IMG/VR virus record: IMGVR_UViG_3300011865_000032
DNA from: an uncultured virus (IMG/VR IMGVR_UViG_3300011865_000032)
Lineage: Duplodnaviria; Heunggongvirae; Uroviricota; Caudoviricetes
Direction: 5' to 3' (one strand)
DNA length: 20,000 nt
The translations under genes and the position numbers were made by a program. The notes below the pieces were generated by a model. The model searched no databases. It had not been told where the DNA came from and worked only from the letters and a program-made list of their open reading frames with translations. Positions 8,474 to 14,563 of the stretch are shown here, one piece after another (the stretch's first letter is position 1; the number at the start of each line of letters is the position of its first letter).

Positions 8474-8903
8474 ATTCTTCATCTTCATCTTCATCTTCAT
8501 CGGGATTATCTGTTTCTTGATTTTCTAATTCAAATAGTTCAAAAGAACATATTAATTCTTCTTGATTTAAATTAAATTGTAATTCTCGCATCAAATGCAG
8601 GAAACTTTTATTTTGTATTTCCTGATCATAAATTTCCAGATCTAATATTTTAAAAAAGAGTTGCAGAGCTAATAAATATTTAATTTGCTTTTCTTTATGT
8701 TCTAAATATATTTTGCTACTTAAAATATCATGAGATTTTAAACCAGATATATTTTCTGCTTTTTCAATTATATATTGGTGTTTATTTAACATTTCAAAAA
8801 AATCTTTAACATTCAGACTTTCATGAATAAATTCAATCAATGTATCTATATATAATTTGTTATACCTTTCATCTTTCAAATCTTCTAGTTGGTAATATCT
8901 CAT
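8472..8903 (-). CDS. Hypothetical protein with an acidic C-terminal tail (PDEDEDEDEE)
   Basis: 143-aa ORF with an AGGAG RBS. Confidence 0.75.
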   Translation of the reverse strand: MRYYQLEDLKDERYNKLYIDTLIEFIHESLNVKDFFEMLNKHQYIIEKAENISGLKSHDILSSKIYLEHKEKQIKYLLALQLFFKILDLEIYDQEIQNKSFLHLMRELQFNLNQEELICSFELFELENQETDNPDEDEDEDEE

Positions 8904-9029
8904 ATTAAAACTCCTGTTGAATCTTTTTATCTATTATATCTCTTTTATTTTTTTATGCACATTTTTCTTTAAAAACAGAGCAAAATATGATATCCTTTTG
9001 AAAGTTACAAATCAATATATGAGAATTTT

Positions 9030-9434
9030 ATGAATAATCAAAATCAATTTTTATCTTTCAAATATTTTTTAACCAACTTAAAATATTCCCAAAATATTCC
9101 TTTTTTTATTGATTTAAAAAGAAACATTATTAAATTTTATGCTACTTCTTTTTCATTATCTCTTTGTGTTTTAATCTTGGTTTCAACGATAACTTATTTT
9201 TTTAATAGTAAAATTTTTTATGTTCCTCTCATTACAGGAATGGTTTCTTACATATTTATGGCTGGATATTTTTTAATAACATTTCATAAAATATTTTTAA
9301 AGCGTCTTAATAATTATTTATCAACTGAACAAAAATATGAAGAATTTAATGTTTATCATGAAGATAAAATTATTAAAGAAACTTTAACTGTATCTCCCAC
9401 AAACAATAAGAAAACAATGCGTAAAAGACTTTAA
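9030..9434 (+). CDS. Two-TM membrane protein with the shared C-terminal tail (EDKIIKETLTVSPTNNKKTMRKRL)
   Basis: 134-aa ORF with two hydrophobic helices. Confidence 0.7.
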   Translation: MNNQNQFLSFKYFLTNLKYSQNIPFFIDLKRNIIKFYATSFSLSLCVLILVSTITYFFNSKIFYVPLITGMVSYIFMAGYFLITFHKIFLKRLNNYLSTEQKYEEFNVYHEDKIIKETLTVSPTNNKKTMRKRL

Positions 9435-9448
9435 ATCAGGAGAATATC

Positions 9449-10156
9449 ATGAGTACTCGTGTTCGCAAGCAAATTGGTTATTTTTTAGATATAGATAAAA
9501 TAAATTCTGTATTAGTAGACAATTATGAAGATATTTTATCAGAGGAAAATGCTATAAATAAAAGTAATATAGTAAAGTATTGGGAATTGTGGAGACAGGA
9601 ATATACCAAAAATAATGTATACAATTATCAAATAAGAGAATTTTTAAAAGACCCAAAAATAGACTCTATAAATACTTTTGTTAATGAAATTCTTCATTTA
9701 GATAATTTTAAAGGGATTTTATTGTTAACTCCCAAATTTAAAGAAGCAACACGACATAATAATTTGATTGATTCTTATGAAAATAATGAAATGAATTTTA
9801 TTTGTAAAAAAATTTACGAACCTATTTATCCTGAGATGAGTTATGTTTGTGTTAAAGAACCTCTTTTAACGGCTGATTCTTTAGAATATTTAGAAGAATA
9901 CTGTGACTTAAAAGGAATTAAAGTAGGAGAAGCATATACTCCTGATATATTGCATTCTCTTGGTATTCAAAATGAAATACATAAAGAACCTCTTGAGCTT
10001 AGTTATCCAAAAGGAGATGGAATAAAATATTTTCATCCTTATATAAATCCATTAGTTTACTTTATTTTGCAAGATGCTGAGTTATTAAAAAAAGATATCT
10101 CTTATCTTGATTTTATCATTCATGTAGAACCTGCTATTATTACTTCATGGGGCTAA
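9449..10156 (+). CDS. Hypothetical protein
   Basis: 235-aa ORF, AGGAG RBS, followed by a terminator. Confidence 0.8.
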   Translation: MSTRVRKQIGYFLDIDKINSVLVDNYEDILSEENAINKSNIVKYWELWRQEYTKNNVYNYQIREFLKDPKIDSINTFVNEILHLDNFKGILLLTPKFKEATRHNNLIDSYENNEMNFICKKIYEPIYPEMSYVCVKEPLLTADSLEYLEEYCDLKGIKVGEAYTPDILHSLGIQNEIHKEPLELSYPKGDGIKYFHPYINPLVYFILQDAELLKKDISYLDFIIHVEPAIITSWG

Positions 10157-10166
10157 TTTTTTAATT

Positions 10167-10198
10167 AAAAAAAAGACCTTTGGAAGGTCTTTTTTTTT
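10167..10198. terminator. Bidirectional intrinsic terminator
   Basis: A8-GACCTT-TGG-AAGGTC-T9 between convergent genes. Confidence 0.85.
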
Positions 10199-10206
10199 AT
10201 AATTAT

Positions 10207-10437
10207 TTAGTCAGCTTCATCTGCTTTTTGGAATCCGTCCCATGCACTTGGAGTTCTTTCCTGTTTAACTTCTGTTTTTACTGTTGGTGAAGATTTTTGA
10301 TCAACAAATTCTTGATACGATCTTGTTGACTGAACATTTTCATCACCATTACCACCTTCACTATTAGCAGCATGAGCTATTCCACCTAATGATAAACTTA
10401 AAGCTACTGCGGTTGCCATTAATGTTATTTTTTTCAT
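10207..10437 (-). CDS. Small secreted protein (Sec signal peptide, AHA cleavage site)
   Basis: MKK + hydrophobic core + AHA; AAGGAG RBS; paralog of 10486..10632. Confidence 0.8.
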   Translation of the reverse strand: MKKITLMATAVALSLSLGGIAHAANSEGGNGDENVQSTRSYQEFVDQKSSPTVKTEVKQERTPSAWDGFQKADEAD

Positions 10438-10485
10438 AATATTCTCCTTAATAAAATTAATTATAATATTTTACAATTCCATCTC

Positions 10486-10632
10486 TTATTTATTATTTAT
10501 AAAATCCTGATATGTCTTAGATTTCATAACATTATCTTGACCATTTCCACCACCGTGAGAATCGGAAGCATTAGCCATACTCATTGATAAACCAAATACC
10601 ATTACAGATAAAATCATTGCTATTTTTTTCAT
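10486..10632 (-). CDS. 48-aa secreted peptide precursor, missed by the ORF track (MKKIAMILSVMVFGLSMSMANASDSHGGGNGQDNVMKSKTYQDFINNK)
   Basis: Translated by hand. AAAGGAG RBS, signal peptide ending ANA, and a GGNG-x-x-NV-x-x-x-x-[ST]-YQ-[DE]-F motif shared with the downstream gene. Confidence 0.8.
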   Translation of the reverse strand: MKKIAMILSVMVFGLSMSMANASDSHGGGNGQDNVMKSKTYQDFINNK

Positions 10633-10653
10633 TGTTATTCTCCTTTGTTATTT

Positions 10654-10675
10654 ATTTGTGATGTAAATCACATTA
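10654..10675. promoter_or_regulatory. CRP-type binding site (perfect core)
   Basis: ATT-TGTGA-TGTAAA-TCACA-TTA matches TGTGA-N6-TCACA. Confidence 0.6.
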
Positions 10676-10682
10676 CATAGAC

Positions 10683-10711
10683 AATATAGAATATTATTTT
10701 TTATTTTTCAA
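10683..10711 (-). promoter_or_regulatory. Candidate sigma70 promoter for the secreted-peptide pair
   Basis: Minus strand reads TTGAAA-17bp-TATATT. The AT-rich context makes chance matches possible. Confidence 0.45.
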
Positions 10712-10968
10712 TCGCATTTCCATGGATAATATTGAAAATCTCTTTCAATATTTTTGTATATATTATAATCTATTGATTTGTAAGAATAATAATTTATAAT
10801 ATTAATGATTTATTAAGTTTAATAATAAAAAATACACATTTTTTCCATAATTTAATCAGCTATTTTCAATAACATATTTTTCTCATTGACCACTCTCCAT
10901 CCTTCAGATCTGGGAGCATAATAATCCGATTTCTATTTATAATTTTATGCTTTTATCATAAAAAAAGC

Positions 10969-10997
10969 TTGCAATACCACTAAGGTTTTGTTAATAT
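10969..10997 (+). promoter_or_regulatory. Sigma70-type promoter with extended -10
   Basis: TTGCAA-17bp-(TGT)TAATAT. Confidence 0.6.
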
Positions 10998-11049
10998 TAC
11001 TCCATAGCGATAAGACATATACTTAACAATAAACAAAAGGTGAAACAAA

Positions 11050-11196
11050 ATGCAAAGCTCCGCTAGTGGTAAAGTTGAAAAATTCAGTTCTTCTAAAAAG
11101 CAGTCTCGTATGGCTGGGGGTATGAAGGACGATTCACGTAAACGCAATAAAACCACACGTGGTAAAGATCGATACGATTTTACTGACGAGCAATAA
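11050..11196 (+). CDS. 48-aa basic protein, T7 gp1.1-like, missed by the ORF track (MQSSASGKVEKFSSSKKQSRMAGGMKDDSRKRNKTTRGKDRYDFTDEQ)
   Basis: Translated by hand. AAGGTGA RBS, own promoter and terminator, and a close paralog at 11361..11504. Confidence 0.85.
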   Translation: MQSSASGKVEKFSSSKKQSRMAGGMKDDSRKRNKTTRGKDRYDFTDEQ

Positions 11197-11197
11197 T

Positions 11198-11222
11198 AAA
11201 AAGCCCTCCGGGGCTTTTTTTT
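11198..11222 (+). terminator. Intrinsic terminator
   Basis: AAAAAGCCCTCCGGGGCTTTTTTT, identical core to 11509..11533. Confidence 0.85.
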
Positions 11223-11281
11223 ATTTTTTAACAATTGGTTAGTGGTTTTAAAAAATTAAATAATTTTCTAATAAAAAACTC

Positions 11282-11310
11282 TTGCTCTTATTTTTCATTC
11301 CTGGTACTAT
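11282..11310 (+). promoter_or_regulatory. Sigma70-type promoter with extended -10
   Basis: TTGCTC-17bp-(TGG)TACTAT. Confidence 0.6.
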
Positions 11311-11360
11311 GTAGTTATTGAAACAGCACAATCTTTTATCCATAAAATAAGGTAATTATC

Positions 11361-11504
11361 ATGCAACATTCTTCTTCAGCTAAAGTTGTTAAATTTTCTT
11401 CTTCTAAAAAATCTTCTCGTATGGAAGGAAACATGAAAGAAGATAGTCGAAAACGTAATAAAGTTTCTCGTGGAAAGAATCGTTATTTTGAAGATCAAGA
11501 ATAA
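11361..11504 (+). CDS. 47-aa basic protein, paralog of 11050..11196, missed by the ORF track (MQHSSSAKVVKFSSSKKSSRMEGNMKEDSRKRNKVSRGKNRYFEDQE)
   Basis: Translated by hand. TAAGG RBS. Protein similarity is kept while many synonymous sites differ, which supports coding status. Confidence 0.85.
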   Translation: MQHSSSAKVVKFSSSKKSSRMEGNMKEDSRKRNKVSRGKNRYFEDQE

Positions 11505-11508
11505 AAAT

Positions 11509-11533
11509 AAAAAGCCCTCCGGGGCTTTTTTTT
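11509..11533 (+). terminator. Intrinsic terminator
   Basis: AAAAAGCCCTCCGGGGCTTTTTTTT. Confidence 0.85.
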
Positions 11534-11534
11534 G

Positions 11535-11563
11535 TTGTGTTCAGTAGTTAATTTTGATATAGT
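11535..11563 (+). promoter_or_regulatory. Sigma70-type promoter with extended -10
   Basis: TTGTGT-17bp-(TGA)TATAGT. Confidence 0.6.
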
Positions 11564-11590
11564 TTCATAAACTCAATAAGGAATTATGCT

Positions 11591-11905
11591 ATGAAACATA
11601 AACTCTTTTTAATTCCGGTTATTGCCATTTCTTTGCTGCAAACAGGTTGCCTGCCAAAAGCACTTTCAGATGAAGAAGTTGCAAAAAAAGTTGCTGCATG
11701 TAAAGCAAAACAGCAAAAACCTTGGTATACCTTTGCAAAACAAGGTGATAAAAATAGTGGTGTTTTGTATGTAGAATGTGTTGACATGAATTACCCTGAA
11801 AGTGAAAAAAATAAAGAAAGTGATTCTTCGTTGTTTGATGATGACACTCCACTTTCTGCAACAGGTCAGCCAAGTCTCTCTGGTTTACCTGGTGGACCTT
11901 TCTAA
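11591..11905 (+). CDS. Putative lipoprotein
   Basis: MKHK + hydrophobic core + LQTGC lipobox-like site; TAAGGA RBS; two further Cys; low-complexity tail. Confidence 0.7.
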   Translation: MKHKLFLIPVIAISLLQTGCLPKALSDEEVAKKVAACKAKQQKPWYTFAKQGDKNSGVLYVECVDMNYPESEKNKESDSSLFDDDTPLSATGQPSLSGLPGGPF

Positions 11906-11941
11906 TTAATTATATTTAACTAATCATGGAAATAAAATAAA

Positions 11942-12256
11942 ATGACTACTACTCATTATCGTGACTTTGGGTTTAAAATTTTTATTGCTAAAATGCTGGA
12001 AAGCAGTGGTGTAGAAACATTTTACTGCTATGTTCAACATCCAGACCATAAAAAAGAACCAGGTCTGCTATCTTGTGAAGGTAAAGGTATTTTGAATACC
12101 TATAATGATACGGACATTGATAAAGTGCGATATATGGCAAGTATGTGGGCTAACTTCTTTGGTATGCCATTTGATAGCATTATTGATGACTTTACCGAAT
12201 CTCATCCAGAAGATTCATTTAATAAAGAATTCAGGATGGAAGAATTTTCAGATTAA
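11942..12256 (+). CDS. Hypothetical protein
   Basis: 104-aa ORF followed by a terminator. Confidence 0.7.
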   Translation: MTTTHYRDFGFKIFIAKMLESSGVETFYCYVQHPDHKKEPGLLSCEGKGILNTYNDTDIDKVRYMASMWANFFGMPFDSIIDDFTESHPEDSFNKEFRMEEFSD

Positions 12257-12273
12257 TACTTCAATTTTATTTT

Positions 12274-12296
12274 AGCCTCCTTAAGGAGGCTTTTTT
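12274..12296 (+). terminator. Intrinsic terminator
   Basis: AGCCTCC-TTAA-GGAGGCTTTTTT. Confidence 0.8.
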
Positions 12297-12366
12297 ATAC
12301 ATTAAAATTTTATCTTAAGATTTCTACAACTTAAAGTATAAAGTTTTTTTCTTTTATGGAATTAAT

Positions 12367-12398
12367 AAAAAAGCCCAGAATCGCTTCTGAGCTTTTTT
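12367..12398 (-). terminator. Intrinsic terminator for 12413..12610
   Basis: AAAAAAGCCCAGAA-TCGC-TTCTGAGCTTTTTT (gives a G-U pair in the minus-strand RNA). Confidence 0.75.
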
Positions 12399-12412
12399 AT
12401 CACTTATAAATA

Positions 12413-12610
12413 TTAACTTTCAATTAGTTCCAGTTCTCTACGACCACGAACTGGTTTATTAAGTTTTTTATTATCTACTTTTCCTTTCATAATTTTTCGT
12501 TTGCGAGAGAAAAAATTATTTTCTTTTTCGTTAAGGAAGTTTGCCATACGAGAGAATTGTTTGCCGTTTTTCATCAGACCATCTTCATTAAAAACAGTAT
12601 TCATTTTCAT
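12413..12610 (-). CDS. Small basic protein with a KLNKPVRG motif (gp1.1-like; distant relative of the 11050/11361 pair)
   Basis: AAGGAG RBS; own promoter and terminator. Confidence 0.75.
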   Translation of the reverse strand: MKMNTVFNEDGLMKNGKQFSRMANFLNEKENNFFSRKRKIMKGKVDNKKLNKPVRGRRELELIES

Positions 12611-12658
12611 AAACTTCTCCTTTTAAATAACACTTAACTACTTGCTTTCTATGTCTAA

Positions 12659-12687
12659 ACTATAGCACCAGATACATTTCGGAGCAA
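12659..12687 (-). promoter_or_regulatory. Sigma70-type promoter with extended -10
   Basis: Minus strand reads TTGCTC-17bp-(TGC)TATAGT. Confidence 0.6.
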
Positions 12688-12733
12688 TCTTTTTTTTCTT
12701 TAAATTAGTTTGATTGCTTCCTTTTTAATCATG

Positions 12734-13438
12734 TTATACTTTACGTTTTTTAAATGAATAATTATCAAAACCTTTACTATTTCTTTTATCAATATCTGAA
12801 ATTTCAATAATTTCTTTTTGCTCGATACCAAGTACTCCACCAATATACATTTCAATTTCTTGATATACTATGGAAGCTTCCATTTTAAATGATTTTGTTA
12901 AATCTTTTAATACAGGGTAAAGCATTAAACCATTATCTACTGTTTTAAAATATAAAGCTCCTGCTTGACGGAATACATCAGGATCTATTTCTTTATCTAC
13001 ACAATTTTTTAAAATATCTTCCCATTCTTTAATTTTTCTTTTTGAAGCACCAGCATAGCCATAACTTAAATGTCTATTTTCTATTTCAGTTTTAAGTTCA
13101 TCAAAATTGCTATAATAGGTTTCATTTGAACGTACAGTTACTCTTTTTCTTTTACCATATTGTTCTTCTGTTATTATGTCTTTAGATTCATAAATAACAA
13201 ATAATGGATATACTTTTCCACAAAAATATAAAAATTCTATTGCTGCGGAACAATCATGATCATCTGAATAATTTCTTCTTTTATAACGGCTTGTTGCAAG
13301 ACTAATCATTTTATAGGGAAGCCCATTTTTTATTTCTTTATAATCTATAATGTTAGTCTCACGTTTTAACATAATAGTATTATCATAAAAAATAGCGGCA
13401 GAATCGTAATAATCATGAAATTTTGAAATTATTTTCAT
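12734..13438 (-). CDS. Conserved phage-type hypothetical protein
   Basis: MKIISKFHDYYD...FCGKVYP...YQEIEMY...GFD..SFKK resembles a hypothetical family I recall from phages; AGGAG RBS. Confidence 0.8.
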   Translation of the reverse strand: MKIISKFHDYYDSAAIFYDNTIMLKRETNIIDYKEIKNGLPYKMISLATSRYKRRNYSDDHDCSAAIEFLYFCGKVYPLFVIYESKDIITEEQYGKRKRVTVRSNETYYSNFDELKTEIENRHLSYGYAGASKRKIKEWEDILKNCVDKEIDPDVFRQAGALYFKTVDNGLMLYPVLKDLTKSFKMEASIVYQEIEMYIGGVLGIEQKEIIEISDIDKRNSKGFDNYSFKKRKV

Positions 13439-13578
13439 ACAACTCCTGTTTTAATTAAATAAATAGAAACTTATTTTCTAATTAATATTTCAGTTTATAT
13501 TTGTAAAAATGTTTTGTCAAATATTTTTTATTTTATATACATTTTATTATATCTATAATGAAAAAATTCTTATTTATA

Positions 13579-13618
13579 TATACAAAAAAGGACACTTAAA
13601 AGTGTCCTTTTTTGTATA
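13579..13618 (-). terminator. Long perfect hairpin; terminator for 13631..14329
   Basis: TATACAAAAAAGGACACT-TAAA-AGTGTCCTTTTTTGTATA (18-bp stem). Confidence 0.8.
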
Positions 13619-13630
13619 CTTGTTAACTAT

Positions 13631-14329
13631 TTAAATTTTGTTTCTTTGAATTACTTTATTTTCTTCCATATTTGAATTTGAAGATATTCTATTTTTTAAT
13701 TTAGTCATTAAATTTTCTTTTTCTGGTATCTTCATTTCAACATAACTTTTGGTTTCATCTTCCAGCATTTGAGTTTTAGGATCATTTACTATTTCAATAA
13801 ATTTATACATAGCTTTTAATGCTTTATGTGCTTTTTCAGATACCAAATCGTCATTTTTTTCATTTCTTTCCATTTTACCATTATTCCATAATTTTCTAAC
13901 TTCAGTATAATTATTTATAGCTTGATTAACATCTGTTATATTTTTTGAAGTTAATAAAGCCTTACCCTTAGCTTCATTACTCTTTTCTTTATAAAAATCA
14001 CCTGCATTATAATCATGAGAAAATACACTTTTTAAAACGACACCAACAGATACTAAAGCAAGTGTCATACCTAGTGCTTTTAAACTACTAATGTCAGTAT
14101 TATTTGATAATGTTTGGAACAAAAGAAAAGATCCCAAACCTCCTAAACTATTAACAAAAGTTTCTTTTCTTTCTGCCATCACAATATTTTTTCTTTTATC
14201 TTCTAATATTTGAGCAGAATTATTATAGAAAGATTCTCTATTTTCCTCTTGTTTTAATGATTCTTTAAACTTTTTTTCAAATTCTAACCCACCTAATAGA
14301 GTAGTAAACCGTCCTTCTTTATTTTTCAT
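13631..14329 (-). CDS. Membrane protein with a hydrophobic hairpin and a basic C-terminal tail (EENKVIQRNKI)
   Basis: AGGAGG RBS before MKNKEG at 14329 (the ORF track starts at 14368); two hydrophobic segments. Confidence 0.75.
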   Translation of the reverse strand: MKNKEGRFTTLLGGLEFEKKFKESLKQEENRESFYNNSAQILEDKRKNIVMAERKETFVNSLGGLGSFLLFQTLSNNTDISSLKALGMTLALVSVGVVLKSVFSHDYNAGDFYKEKSNEAKGKALLTSKNITDVNQAINNYTEVRKLWNNGKMERNEKNDDLVSEKAHKALKAMYKFIEIVNDPKTQMLEDETKSYVEMKIPEKENLMTKLKNRISSNSNMEENKVIQRNKI

Positions 14330-14563
14330 GAAAACCTCCTTAATATTTCGTCCTTTTAAAAAAATCATTTTACGTTTTACCGATACTTAATATTATTATT
14401 GTAATCAATTTTAGAATTTTATCAAGATTTTACTTCTTTTTTGCATAAAATAATTTATAAATAATTATCTACACATAATGATATTTAAAAATTATAAACT
14501 TGATTTTTATCACATTTATTACATAATAATAATGTAATTAACAATTTTTTATAGGATATTCCG

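Noticed and set aside
1..9434. The -KRL/-RRL/-NRL tails as peroxisomal PTS1 signals
   Set aside because: One tail ends in KRI, the -3 residue is not the small S/A/C of PTS1, and nothing in the window points to a eukaryotic target.
10712..10885. Possible pseudogene in the AT-rich gap
   Set aside because: Only short broken frames with no recognisable similarity; cannot be supported.
10980..11234. 84-aa minus-strand ORF
   Set aside because: Antisense to the real 48-aa gene at 11050..11196, which has a promoter, RBS, terminator and paralog.
11584..11873. Two minus-strand ORFs (67 and 84 aa)
   Set aside because: Antisense to the lipoprotein 11591..11905, which has a promoter, RBS and lipobox.
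12734..12760. C-terminal KKRKV as an SV40-type NLS or as a member of the tagged family
   Set aside because: It belongs to the GFD..SF(R/K)K ending of this phage protein family and lacks the upstream E-xxx-L helix and linker.
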